DNA from: a phage
Length of the DNA stretch: 64,000 bases
Strand: one strand, 5' to 3'
Sequence record: PZ445523.1
Position numbers and translations under genes: made by a program. The notes beneath the pieces were generated by a model. It worked only from the letters and a program-made list of their open reading frames with translations, did no database searches and was not told the DNA's origin. Below are positions 29,764-39,299 of the stretch, in pieces. Position 1 is the stretch's first letter; each line of letters starts with the position of its first letter.

Positions 29764-29981
29764 GTCACCTTTAAGCAGTATTCTTCTACATGTTGTTTAC
29801 GACCTTTCTTATCAATAAAGGTATATTCAACGAATGTTCCAATGTAGTCTTTATCTACATCATGTGGACTATTAATTGGACATTTAGTACGGCAAATGCG
29901 TTCCCATTGACGAATAATTACTGCCTTATTCTTTGGGTCATACGGATGTGGATAATGTATATTCATAATAACGGTTCCCAA
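29754..29981 (-). CDS. Hypothetical small protein
   Basis: 75-aa ORF. Confidence 0.35.
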   Translation of the reverse strand: MGTVIMNIHYPHPYDPKNKAVIIRQWERICRTKCPINSPHDVDKDYIGTFVEYTFIDKKGRKQHVEEYCLKVTWL

Positions 29982-30430
29982 TCAACAATCACAATTTCTA
30001 ATTTAGAGGAATATGTATCTAAAATCCCCTCAATAATATCCCAGTTCCCTTTACCTATGCCTGCACCAATCCTAGGCATATAGATTGTAGGTTTAATCAG
30101 TTTATTTTCACCAAACTCATTTAATTCTAACATACAATTCATTAAAGCGGAATACTCAAAATTTGGCCCTGGTTGAAATTGAGTATAAAGATTGAAGCAG
30201 TAAGCTTTATGAGTCCTAAAGTATTTTTCATAGACTGAGTAAGAACCGAGTTTAGTTACATCGCCCCATTCTGTCTGTAATTTATCAGCTTCCAAAATTT
30301 TAGGGAAAGCTTTGGTTAATTGACCCGCTACGCCTGAACCCATAGTATGAAAACAATTGCATCCATGCGCAATATTTTTACCTTCAGCGAAAAGGGCGAC
30401 AATATCGCCCTTGATATATTTTACAATCAT
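29963..30430 (-). CDS. Macro-domain protein (ADP-ribose binding or hydrolase fold)
   Basis: 155 aa; GDIVALF...AHGCNCFHTMGSGVAGQL...PRIGAGIGKG resembles macro-domain glycine-rich loops. Confidence 0.55.
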   Translation of the reverse strand: MIVKYIKGDIVALFAEGKNIAHGCNCFHTMGSGVAGQLTKAFPKILEADKLQTEWGDVTKLGSYSVYEKYFRTHKAYCFNLYTQFQPGPNFEYSALMNCMLELNEFGENKLIKPTIYMPRIGAGIGKGNWDIIEGILDTYSSKLEIVIVDWEPLL

Positions 30431-30774
30431 CTAGTACTCAATCCTCGATTATAAGAATCTACCAAACGGTCAACCATTGAATGACAAGCGGCTTTATCTT
30501 TCTCCTCCGCAACTGAGCATTCTAAGGTATTCCACTTTTTAGCATATCGTTTTAATAATGTATCGTTTTTGTATCTGCTTGATTTATCTCTTTCTCCGTC
30601 TTTATATGCATATATTAATTTCTGTGCAAATTCAGCTTGGCATGCTTTATTTTTCCCACAATAATCTGCCGCAGTGCGGTTTACATATTCTCTAATTTCA
30701 GTATATGATGTATCTGCTGACGCAGAAGCAGAAAATGAAATTAATCCTATACATAAAACCAAAATTTTAGTCAT
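30427..30774 (-). CDS. Secreted cysteine-containing protein
   Basis: 115 aa; signal peptide MTKILVLCIGLISFSASASA; four cysteines. Confidence 0.5.
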   Translation of the reverse strand: MTKILVLCIGLISFSASASADTSYTEIREYVNRTAADYCGKNKACQAEFAQKLIYAYKDGERDKSSRYKNDTLLKRYAKKWNTLECSVAEEKDKAACHSMVDRLVDSYNRGLSTR

Positions 30775-31312
30775 TTACTATTTCCAAAAGTTTATTATTT
30801 TTAAGGTAATTAGCCTTTTCTAGGACTTCAGAAGCATATTTAGAACCAGCTTTAACATTCCATCCCGAATTATAAGAGGATATTGCTTTTCTTATATCGC
30901 CCTTATGTATATTTAACCAATAAGAAAGTTCAATGTACGCCCAGGAAGCTGAATTGGATCGTTTATTCAACATTCTTTTTATTTCAGCATCGGTCATATT
31001 ATAACCAAGTTCCTTAACTCTTGCTCGCATAGTAGGCAAATAATTTTGGAACATTCCATAGGCGTGATGCTTTGGTTTAGATTTTAAATTAACTCCGCCA
31101 GAGCTTTCTTGCCATAAAATAGCAGCCATTATATGACCTAATCCGCTCTTGTGGATATTTTTGTGTGTTTTATATTTTCCATCCTTAGAAAATTGTTCCC
31201 CGAATTGATACGCGTAACGCATGTTATCGAGTTGGACATTACTGAAAGTATGCTCGGAGCTATGTGCCATCATTGAAATGGCCAATAGACCAGCGAGTAG
31301 TGCTTTTCTCAT
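30767..31312 (-). CDS. Secreted lytic transglycosylase (SLT family 1-like)
   Basis: 181 aa; signal peptide; motifs WQESSGG, YGMFQ, SYNSG in catalytic-domain order. Confidence 0.6.
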   Translation of the reverse strand: MRKALLAGLLAISMMAHSSEHTFSNVQLDNMRYAYQFGEQFSKDGKYKTHKNIHKSGLGHIMAAILWQESSGGVNLKSKPKHHAYGMFQNYLPTMRARVKELGYNMTDAEIKRMLNKRSNSASWAYIELSYWLNIHKGDIRKAISSYNSGWNVKAGSKYASEVLEKANYLKNNKLLEIVND

Positions 31313-31319
31313 GCTTACC

Positions 31320-31781
31320 TCATTGAGTTTTAATTACTGCTTTAGAAGCCTTTCCTGGTAAACGACGACTGTTGATAATTGCCATCCTACATTGAAGTGA
31401 CGGGTCTTTGAACTTCTCGTTAGGTTTACAAACTGTAAATCCAAGCCAAAGATTTCCATCTGTGATTTCTAAACGTCCAGGACGATATTCAACCCCATCA
31501 ATAAAATCCTCATCAATGTCAGGACGCGGAGGCATACTCAGGAATTCATTAACTTCTAAAACATGGTCTTTTATTTTATGGAATAATTCAAAAACGTATG
31601 TCTCATCAATCTCCCGTTGAATTGCACGATCAAGAAGATGCTGAGAATATTTTAGATGAAACGATGAGACCCCTGCTGCTTTTGATGCCTCACGAATCTC
31701 ATTGTTAATTTGACGAAACTCCGACTCAAAGTGACGACGAAGCTTATTTCGACGGATAAAAACTTCAGTGTTGATAGTCAT
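31320..31781 (-). CDS. regB: Sequence-specific endoribonuclease RegB
   Basis: 153 aa, own early promoter, conserved position relative to tk/denV/e; assignment by length and synteny. Confidence 0.55.
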   Translation of the reverse strand: MTINTEVFIRRNKLRRHFESEFRQINNEIREASKAAGVSSFHLKYSQHLLDRAIQREIDETYVFELFHKIKDHVLEVNEFLSMPPRPDIDEDFIDGVEYRPGRLEITDGNLWLGFTVCKPNEKFKDPSLQCRMAIINSRRLPGKASKAVIKTQ

Positions 31782-31808
31782 GTTATTCTCCTCTTAACTG
31801 ATAGGAAA

Positions 31809-31838
31809 ATTATACCACAGCCAAGAGGAAAAGTAAAC
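31809..31838 (-). promoter_or_regulatory. Early promoter upstream of regB
   Basis: GTTTAC, 18 nt, TATAAT. Confidence 0.65.
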
Positions 31839-31840
31839 AG

Positions 31841-32161
31841 TTATTCTTTAAATCTAATCAATTTATTCATAGACTTTGAAACTTCTGCACGAACCTCATG
31901 TAAGTTTTTGAGCTGTTCAAGACGCTGCTCATAGTAAGCAATTTCATCTTCTTCGAGACAGTCCTGTGAATCTTCTTTAAGATAACGTGCATAGTCCTGG
32001 AAAGCTTTACGAACTACTTCCTGGAAGTCATCAAGACTTTGAATTTTCTTAGGAGCAACAGATACACGACGAGGGGCAGTATAATACTCATAACCAAACC
32101 CTGCGCTTAATTGAGCCATTAGTATTTTTCCTCGGGTTGGAAAATGGAACGACACGCCCAC
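31841..32161 (-). CDS. Hypothetical protein
   Basis: 106-aa ORF. Confidence 0.4.
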   Translation of the reverse strand: MGVSFHFPTRGKILMAQLSAGFGYEYYTAPRRVSVAPKKIQSLDDFQEVVRKAFQDYARYLKEDSQDCLEEDEIAYYEQRLEQLKNLHEVRAEVSKSMNKLIRFKE

Positions 32162-32433
32162 ATGCTTGCTTCTTTCAGACGGTCAATCGCGTTACGAATC
32201 TGGGTGATGCGTTCATGAGCCTGGTCCAGTTCTTGTTCAGAAACTTCTTTGGTATCCAAGTTCATATAATAGGTAACATGTTCATCTTCCAGAGCTTTAA
32301 ACATTAACCCAAGACGAACTTCAGCATCTTTAATAGCATTCACTTTACCAATTTTGTCATCGGTATGCGGTTTATAACCTTTAATATCTTCAATCATATT
32401 TGACTTCCTCGCCAGTACCCAAATCATATTCAA
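32119..32433 (-). CDS. Hypothetical protein
   Basis: 104-aa ORF. Confidence 0.4.
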   Translation of the reverse strand: MNMIWVLARKSNMIEDIKGYKPHTDDKIGKVNAIKDAEVRLGLMFKALEDEHVTYYMNLDTKEVSEQELDQAHERITQIRNAIDRLKEASMWACRSIFQPEEKY

Positions 32434-32611
32434 CTAAACGAATAGGTTCATGAATGCCATATCCTTGAACAGAAATTTCTGTCGTAGGATAAATTCCATC
32501 AATATCCCCCATATTCCATGCTTCATTAAATTGTTGCTCACCTGAATTACTAAACCATTCAGCGAAAGCATTTAGTACATCTTCAGAACCTTCAATAATT
32601 ATCTTTGCCAT
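32390..32611 (-). CDS. Hypothetical protein
   Basis: 73-aa ORF. Confidence 0.35.
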   Translation of the reverse strand: MAKIIIEGSEDVLNAFAEWFSNSGEQQFNEAWNMGDIDGIYPTTEISVQGYGIHEPIRLVEYDLGTGEEVKYD

Positions 32612-32973
32612 TATAAGCTCTCGGTAAAGGTACGAGCGATAACGTCGCGCTGCTGTTCCGGAGTCAGAGAGTTAAAGCGAACTGCATAACCGGATACACG
32701 GATGGTCAGCTGCGGATATTTTTCCGGATGCTTAACTGCATCTTCCAGGGTTTCACGACGCAGAACGTTAACGTTCAGGTGTTGACCACCTTCAATTTTA
32801 ACTGTAGACTGTGGCTCAATTTCAATTTCACGGGCATGTAAACCGTAGAAAATTTCTGGGTCTACAAAAGAGTCCTCTTTAAAGGTTTTAGAGACAATAA
32901 TTCGCGCTTGAATACCATCTTCAAAATAAATAGTACCTTTATGCGTGCCTTCAAGAATTTGATATGCTTTCAT
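32611..32973 (-). CDS. GrcA/YfiD-like autonomous glycyl radical cofactor
   Basis: C-terminal ~60 aa [56 protein letters not shown] carries the RVSGY glycyl-radical motif and matches E. coli GrcA as I recall it; locally GC-richer DNA. Confidence 0.8.
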   Translation of the reverse strand: MKAYQILEGTHKGTIYFEDGIQARIIVSKTFKEDSFVDPEIFYGLHAREIEIEPQSTVKIEGGQHLNVNVLRRETLEDAVKHPEKYPQLTIRVSGYAVRFNSLTPEQQRDVIARTFTESL

Positions 32974-32979
32974 ATAACC

Positions 32980-33312
32980 TCAATTAGAAAATAAATTTAT
33001 CCAAGATTGTTCTTTAATTAAAAATGGCTCAGAATCATATGCCATTAAACTTTGCGTAATTAATCCTTTAAAAGGTCCATCAATAAATTCCATGGTAAAA
33101 TATGGAATTTTATTCATTAGCTGCGCGTTAGGAGCAGTGCACAAAACTCTGCATCCTTTGAATACACCCTTTTGTAATTTGTATTGCTTGGGATAAAATT
33201 CGCTCAAAATGTTGTTATTTGCCAAAATTTCAAAATGATTCACCAATTTATTTTTAATAGTTTTTGGTGAAAAATAAAGATATTCGAAAAGTTGCGCATC
33301 TGTCATCATTGC
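32980..33312 (-). CDS. Hypothetical protein
   Basis: Likely start MMTDAQLFEY. Confidence 0.4.
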   Translation of the reverse strand, partial: AMMTDAQLFEYLYFSPKTIKNKLVNHFEILANNNILSEFYPKQYKLQKGVFKGCRVLCTAPNAQLMNKIPYFTMEFIDGPFKGLITQSLMAYDSEPFLIKEQSWINLFSN

Positions 33313-33845
33313 ATTCCGATTACGAAAAACTGTGGACGAGTAATACCACCAATACAACATTTACTATTGCAACAGTACTGTACAGTGTCAATATGAGCAT
33401 CATAAATCTTATCCATATCAGGAGATTTGACAGGCTCATCAATTATATATAAAATTCGCGAAAGCGATAAACCTCTGAACTTGCTTCCTTTATTACCAAT
33501 AAAACTGCGCACAGAATCAGTAAATAAACGAAAACGTATATCATTATTAGAATAACGCGAAAATTCCTTTTTGATGTTATTTGCAGAAATTTTAGCGTAA
33601 GCTGAAGTATTAGAAAGAACAATAACTGTTCCGCCATCATACAGCCAATTAGCAGCAAAGTTAGTCACAGCAATTGATTTACCGGATTGACGTCCACCAT
33701 CTATACGAAGTGTGCAGTACTGTTTAAGTAATTCTTCAAATGGCGGGATATATTCGTTTTTACAAATTTCTTCTACTCTAGCATCAGAATGGTGTGTAAA
33801 AGCATTCATCAGGGATAGATAAGGACCAGTTAAAAATGTTCTCAT
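33306..33845 (-). CDS. Small P-loop NTPase
   Basis: Likely start MRTFLTGPY; Walker A GGRQSGKS, Walker B-like ILYIIDE. Confidence 0.5.
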   Translation of the reverse strand: MRTFLTGPYLSLMNAFTHHSDARVEEICKNEYIPPFEELLKQYCTLRIDGGRQSGKSIAVTNFAANWLYDGGTVIVLSNTSAYAKISANNIKKEFSRYSNNDIRFRLFTDSVRSFIGNKGSKFRGLSLSRILYIIDEPVKSPDMDKIYDAHIDTVQYCCNSKCCIGGITRPQFFVIGMQ

Positions 33846-33998
33846 TTTATTCTCTCTAAATTTGGGCCATTCCATGGCGCATGAATTGTCCATTTCTGTA
33901 TTTACCCATTACCGCACTCAGGCTCGACCTTATTACAGGTTGGCGGGAATCCCTCATAGAATCATGAGGTCCAGGTTGTTCCCATATTTCTTATTTGC

Positions 33999-34472
33999 TT
34001 ATTTGAATGATTTAACGTACTGAATAGAACCTTTACTATTCACAAAGGCAATTTTACCATTTTTGTTATACATGGTAGCAGTACGCTGATAGCCATAAGT
34101 TTGTTTACCAGATTGATAACCAACTAATGCAAAATTATCTTCGCCCATTTTATTCTGCTTAGCGCGGATACGTTCATGACCGTGCGCCATAAGAACCTTA
34201 GCGTCGCCAGTTGCAATGGATCTACGAGTTTTTTCATCTTCAACTGTATTAACAAAGTCGTCAAATGAATCAAATTTAGCATGAGATTTATTATACAGTT
34301 TTCCATCTACTGCATAATTATATCCCTGTACATCCATCTCAACTTCTGTACCATCATCCAATACAGCAGTGATTTTTTGACCTTTTTTAAATTTCAAAAG
34401 ATCAGTAAAAGATTCAGCAATAATTTGAGAATTAATAGCTGCTTCAGTAATAAATTCTTGATATGTTTTCAT
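33999..34472 (-). CDS. Internal-protein-like head protein with capsid targeting sequence
   Basis: N-terminus MKTYQEFITEAA matches the T4 internal-protein capsid targeting sequence consensus; lysine-rich. Confidence 0.65.
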   Translation of the reverse strand: MKTYQEFITEAAINSQIIAESFTDLLKFKKGQKITAVLDDGTEVEMDVQGYNYAVDGKLYNKSHAKFDSFDDFVNTVEDEKTRRSIATGDAKVLMAHGHERIRAKQNKMGEDNFALVGYQSGKQTYGYQRTATMYNKNGKIAFVNSKGSIQYVKSFK

Positions 34473-34481
34473 ATGTTTCCT

Positions 34482-34898
34482 TTAAATGTAAATATTTTTA
34501 CCGTAATACTTGTACCAATGTGGTTTCATTAAAATTTTTTCATCAAGTCGTTGTTGACTCAATTTAATAGCTGATTTGCATGGATTATAATCATTTTTCC
34601 ATTCTACTGGAATATCGCTGATGTCAGGAACTTCAGTATCTTTTATACTGAACCCGCGTTTTAAGCATTCCGTTATAATGTCTGATTGACGCTTTCGCAA
34701 AAATTCTAACTTATCGTAAAAGAAAGTAACATGACCAGAACCTAAAATAAACTCGGAAGATATTTTAAAATCTTTAACCCGCTTACCATTTGCCACATGT
34801 TTACGAACTATACCAAAAACACGCGGCAATTCACGGTATTCTGCGATTAAATGTTGATCAGCAAGTTCAGATACTAAAGTCAAATTAATACGAGTCAT
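34482..34898 (-). CDS. denV: Endonuclease V (pyrimidine dimer DNA glycosylase)
   Basis: 138 aa; [17 protein letters not shown]...WYKYYGK, near-identical to T4 endo V as I recall it. Confidence 0.9.
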   Translation of the reverse strand: MTRINLTLVSELADQHLIAEYRELPRVFGIVRKHVANGKRVKDFKISSEFILGSGHVTFFYDKLEFLRKRQSDIITECLKRGFSIKDTEVPDISDIPVEWKNDYNPCKSAIKLSQQRLDEKILMKPHWYKYYGKNIYI

Positions 34899-34923
34899 TT
34901 TATCCCTCCAAGTAACTGTGAAT

Positions 34924-34953
34924 ATACTATCACAATTCTAGGAGAAAGTAAAC
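34924..34953 (-). promoter_or_regulatory. Early promoter upstream of denV
   Basis: GTTTAC, 18 nt, TAGTAT. Confidence 0.6.
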
Positions 34954-34957
34954 AACT

Positions 34958-35488
<531 letters not shown>

Positions 35489-35944
35489 TTAAAAGAGGTT
35501 GTTCATTATTCGGTAAAGCGAAGGACCCATCACATATTGCCACTGAGTACGAGGAATAAGAGCAAAAGCGTCCATCTCTGGAATCATAACGCCATCTTTA
35601 TTTTCAAAATAAGACTCGCAGCGGCAATTTCTAAACATCTCATGCTCTACTGGAATCATATAATAAAATAACTGTAGGTCTTTATTACTAGAATATTTAA
35701 ATACACCTAGGTCTTCTAGAAGGTCTGGATTATAATTGCTAAAACCGGTCTCTTCTAAGCATTCTCTTTTTGCAGCTTCCAGTGCATTCAAATCAGAACT
35801 TTCTACACGCCCCTTTGGAATATCCCAGCGATGTGCCATCATTCCAGGCTTACGAGAACCAGTAACCCGACCCATAAATAAATCTTTATCTTCTGTCATA
35901 AAGATAATACCAGCTGATAATGTTTTCATTTTAATTTCCTGCAT
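35489..35944 (-). CDS. nudE: Nudix hydrolase
   Basis: 151 aa; Nudix box GRVESSDLNALEAAKRECLEETGF. Confidence 0.8.
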   Translation of the reverse strand: MQEIKMKTLSAGIIFMTEDKDLFMGRVTGSRKPGMMAHRWDIPKGRVESSDLNALEAAKRECLEETGFSNYNPDLLEDLGVFKYSSNKDLQLFYYMIPVEHEMFRNCRCESYFENKDGVMIPEMDAFALIPRTQWQYVMGPSLYRIMNNLF

Positions 35945-36414
35945 TCAGCGATAAAGCTATTTAAATTTTGGGTATATTTCTTTTCATCAAAAATCTTTTG
36001 TTGTCTGCGTAAACGCCATGGCATTTCAATGAACACGCACCATATTCCAGATAATATTGCTGCTGTCAAAATATTAACAAGCATAATTAAAAGAATCCAA
36101 TCTCCTGTTCTGCCTATTGGACTTTCTCCAAAGAAGCAAAATACGAATGATGACACAGGAAGACTAATGATATACCACAGAATCATAATCTTATTTGTAA
36201 ACCAATCAGCATTTGTTAACTTAGCGCGACCGTTTTGAATACATACGAACTTATCATCTGTTATAGTAGATGGCTTAGCTGCTTGATATCCCATTCTAAA
36301 CTCCCTAATCAACAAATTTTTCATATCTTCGGAACAACCATTCCAGTCAACTCTATCAACTGAAATGCCATCATCCCCATCATCTAAATCATACCAGCGA
36401 GTTTTTAAAATCAT
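35926..36414 (-). CDS. Membrane protein
   Basis: 162 aa with two or three hydrophobic helices. Confidence 0.45.
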   Translation of the reverse strand: MILKTRWYDLDDGDDGISVDRVDWNGCSEDMKNLLIREFRMGYQAAKPSTITDDKFVCIQNGRAKLTNADWFTNKIMILWYIISLPVSSFVFCFFGESPIGRTGDWILLIMLVNILTAAILSGIWCVFIEMPWRLRRQQKIFDEKKYTQNLNSFIAECRKLK

Positions 36415-36773
36415 TTAATTTTCCTACAATCACTCACAAACTCTTCCATTGATTCTTTTTCAATATAAGACATGTAGCTATTATATTCCTTTAATTGTAT
36501 TTTGTAATCCTTTTTTCTTTGCCAATTTATTTTAAAATTATCATAATGAAAATATAACATGGTACCAAAGAATGAAAATAATGAAATAATTTTAGTATAG
36601 CGAAGTTCACTCCAAAATTCTATTATATTTACTGTGCCGTCAATGTTTAAAATAAGACAGTCAATTAACAATCCAAAAAGACTACCCGCAAGAGCTGCAA
36701 ATGCTGATACGGCAAGAATTAATAGTGCCTCTGGAAACGAATATTTAACTTTATTTAGTTTTGGCTTTTGCAT
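36411..36773 (-). CDS. Membrane protein
   Basis: 120 aa, hydrophobic. Confidence 0.45.
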   Translation of the reverse strand: MQKPKLNKVKYSFPEALLILAVSAFAALAGSLFGLLIDCLILNIDGTVNIIEFWSELRYTKIISLFSFFGTMLYFHYDNFKINWQRKKDYKIQLKEYNSYMSYIEKESMEEFVSDCRKIK

Positions 36774-37135
36774 CGTGATTCCTTAACAAATTTCATAATT
36801 TCATCAAATTCATACGCAGCAAGTTTAAGCTGATGTTCCTTTTTAATCTTTTTACACTGAGCTTTCCATTCGCGTACGCGTTTACGATAATGTCTTCCTT
36901 GATACCAGTATCCTACCCAATTTACAGGTACTAATAAAAATGGAACTATCATTGGAAGAAATAGTGTTGACACAAATATTACACCAAATTTATTGGCAGT
37001 CATAACGTCTATAACCATTCCAACTACAAATGATACAACTACCACAGGACCCATTAATACATCAGTAGAAATTATCTGACGCTTTAATTCATACTTCAAC
37101 GGTTTACTTGGAAGGTATAGTGATGGTTTTGACAT
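36755..37135 (-). CDS. Membrane protein
   Basis: Likely start MSKPSLYL; hydrophobic helices. Confidence 0.45.
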   Translation of the reverse strand: MSKPSLYLPSKPLKYELKRQIISTDVLMGPVVVVSFVVGMVIDVMTANKFGVIFVSTLFLPMIVPFLLVPVNWVGYWYQGRHYRKRVREWKAQCKKIKKEHQLKLAAYEFDEIMKFVKESRCKSQN

Positions 37136-37712
37136 ATTCTCTACATTCCTTAACAAATTTTTCTAGTAATAAATCGCTTTCAAAATTGGGATTTTCTACG
37201 AATTTATCAAAAAGATCATCAACAATAGTTAAGATATTCTTTTTACTAAGAATACGTTTATTTTCATGCTTCGTTTCAGAATCAACTATAAGAGTAAAGA
37301 AATATTTCTTTCCCTGAAATTTTACAGTAGTATCAATATAGAATAAATTTGACTTTTGTAAATTACGTTTAAACCATGCATCACTTAAACTATAAACGCC
37401 AAGATAATCATAATCGTCGTTTAAATAACAGACCGTCCATTCAGGAGAAACAAAATCAGTAAATTCAACGTCAAAATCGCATGTTAATAAATGAATTGAT
37501 TCAATACTGTTAATAAGTATTCCAGGACGTATTAAAGACTTTTTACCTCTAGAAAATCTTCCAGAAAGACTTTCATCAGTTTCATATGAAGAACCCCAAT
37601 AATAATTACGTCCTTCTGCCATACGTTTAAGAGCATTTAATAATTGGTCTGGAACATCAACCTGTCTTTGAAACTCTTCAAACATTGAATTGAAATCACT
37701 TTGCATTTTCAT
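37104..37712 (-). CDS. Hypothetical protein
   Basis: 202-aa ORF. Confidence 0.45.
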   Translation of the reverse strand: MKMQSDFNSMFEEFQRQVDVPDQLLNALKRMAEGRNYYWGSSYETDESLSGRFSRGKKSLIRPGILINSIESIHLLTCDFDVEFTDFVSPEWTVCYLNDDYDYLGVYSLSDAWFKRNLQKSNLFYIDTTVKFQGKKYFFTLIVDSETKHENKRILSKKNILTIVDDLFDKFVENPNFESDLLLEKFVKECREYVKTITIPSK

Positions 37713-37730
37713 TCCTATTTACTCCAAGTA

Positions 37731-37751
37731 ATAGGGGCCGAAGCCCCTTAT
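37731..37751 (-). terminator. UUCG-tetraloop hairpin
   Basis: AAGGGGC-UUCG-GCCCCTAT. Confidence 0.55.
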
Positions 37752-37753
37752 CA

Positions 37754-38347
37754 TTATTTCAGAGAATTAATGTATTCCTGAACATCGGCAGAGGTAGTTT
37801 CAACCCCAGAAATATTACCGTTAAAGGTTTCAACTCGAGCAAGAGTATCTTCAATATCAACCTTAGTCAGTGCTGCAATTTCAACTACATCATCAGCAGT
37901 ACTAATTCCAAGGGCATTCGCGGCGCGAGTTTCACGGATATATTCCAATTTAATTGCAAGTTCTTGGCGAGCATCATCTAGCTCAACTACTTTCTTGGCG
38001 ATTTCAATTCGCATTTCAGCATAACCATCAGCTTTAGTAGTCAACTGCTCAGCTGTTCGACGATATAGTAAACCGAGTTTAGCATGCATTGTTACATCTT
38101 GACCTTCGGAAAGAAGCTTGCGAATTTCACGCTCTTTTGATTCGGCCTGCTTATTCTTTTCGACAATAAGTTCACGAATACGCTTTTCTTCATTAATAGA
38201 TTTAACGGAAGCAGTTTTTAGATCTTTAATCTTATCAAGTAGTTTTGCTGCTGCAGCAGTATACTGTTCTTCAACAGATAGATTTTTAGCCATAGCAGAA
38301 CCAAGTTTAGTGCGAATAAACTCAACAATTTTCTTCAGTGTGTTCAT
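37754..38347 (-). CDS. Long coiled-coil protein, tentatively PspA/IM30-like
   Basis: 197 aa, almost entirely helical and charged with an N-terminal amphipathic segment; family assignment is tentative. Confidence 0.4.
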   Translation of the reverse strand: MNTLKKIVEFIRTKLGSAMAKNLSVEEQYTAAAAKLLDKIKDLKTASVKSINEEKRIRELIVEKNKQAESKEREIRKLLSEGQDVTMHAKLGLLYRRTAEQLTTKADGYAEMRIEIAKKVVELDDARQELAIKLEYIRETRAANALGISTADDVVEIAALTKVDIEDTLARVETFNGNISGVETTSADVQEYINSLK

Positions 38348-38403
38348 AGTATTTCCTTAGGTTGGTATAATTAGATAATATCACGTTTTAATAGATTGTA
38401 AAC

Positions 38404-38739
38404 TTATTCTTCGTCTAGCTCATCGATAAAGACGTCGATGGCCTCGATAACGGCATCATTGATAGCCAATAAAGTAAAATCATCGTCAGTGCCTTTAGAA
38501 GATTCTAAAGCATTGATATATGCTTGGTTAGCAAGTTCCCAAGCCTTTTTAAAATAAGGAGCTTCATCATCAGGACAAATATCCCGCACGCCTTCAAAGA
38601 TACGTTTGGCATAATCTAACACCCATTGTACAGGCATGTTTTGAGAACGTTCGTTAAACTCTTTAAATTCCTTAGATTCAAAAAGCTCTTCAGGATAATA
38701 ATTTCGATTACAAAAAGCTTTACTAAAGTTACGTTTCAT
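38404..38739 (-). CDS. Hypothetical protein
   Basis: 111-aa ORF. Confidence 0.4.
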   Translation of the reverse strand: MKRNFSKAFCNRNYYPEELFESKEFKEFNERSQNMPVQWVLDYAKRIFEGVRDICPDDEAPYFKKAWELANQAYINALESSKGTDDDFTLLAINDAVIEAIDVFIDELDEE

Positions 38740-38794
38740 AATGTTCTCCTCAAATTATGGGCTCATAATATCTCAATCATGAGCCTATGTAAAC

Positions 38795-39058
38795 TTATTT
38801 CATATTATTGAAATATTCTTCTGCGATTTCGTCGTTATCATGGTAAACTTTAGAAGACAGTTTAACATAACCTTCTGCCGTGAACATGTTAATCACAACC
38901 TTTACAGTATACCACTGACCATCTTCATTACCCATTACTGCGTAAGTTTCAAACATCGGATGATCAGGACCGATAACTTTAATATCATTCACTGTACGAC
39001 CGAAATCTTCTGAAACACATTTCATAAAGAAGTTGAACAGTTCGCCGTAATTATCCAT
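38795..39058 (-). CDS. Hypothetical protein
   Basis: Likely start MDNYGELF; upstream ORF-track extension is the translated promoter. Confidence 0.45.
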   Translation of the reverse strand: MDNYGELFNFFMKCVSEDFGRTVNDIKVIGPDHPMFETYAVMGNEDGQWYTVKVVINMFTAEGYVKLSSKVYHDNDEIAEEYFNNMK

Positions 39059-39101
39059 TTCATTCTCCAAGTTGTTTTCTGTATCAGTAGTTGATAGTTG
39101 T

Positions 39102-39131
39102 ATAGTACCATGGAAGGACAAGGATGTAAAC
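39102..39131 (-). promoter_or_regulatory. Early promoter
   Basis: GTTTAC, 18 nt, TACTAT. Confidence 0.6.
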
Positions 39132-39265
39132 AGTTTTGTGAAAAAATTTTTAAAAAGTTTTAGGGAATTCTAGGGTCAGGAGGGGCAATTAAAAGGTAGG
39201 ATAATATATTATAAAGGGTATAAACTAAATGATGCCTAGAGAGGCCCGGAAAGGCCTAGATACCA

Positions 39266-39292
39266 AAAAGCCCCAACCTTTCGGTCGGGGCT
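39266..39292 (-). terminator. Intrinsic terminator, copy 1 of a duplicated element
   Basis: 10-bp stem AGCCCCGACC / GGTTGGGGCT with GAAA loop and U-tract; identical to 39801-39827. Confidence 0.7.
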
Positions 39293-39299
39293 AAGAATG

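Noticed and set aside
33443-33658. 71-aa hydrophobic ORF that looked like a small membrane protein
   Set aside because: It is an alternative frame of the P-loop NTPase gene at 33306-33845; the hydrophobicity reflects AT-rich codon bias in the off frame.
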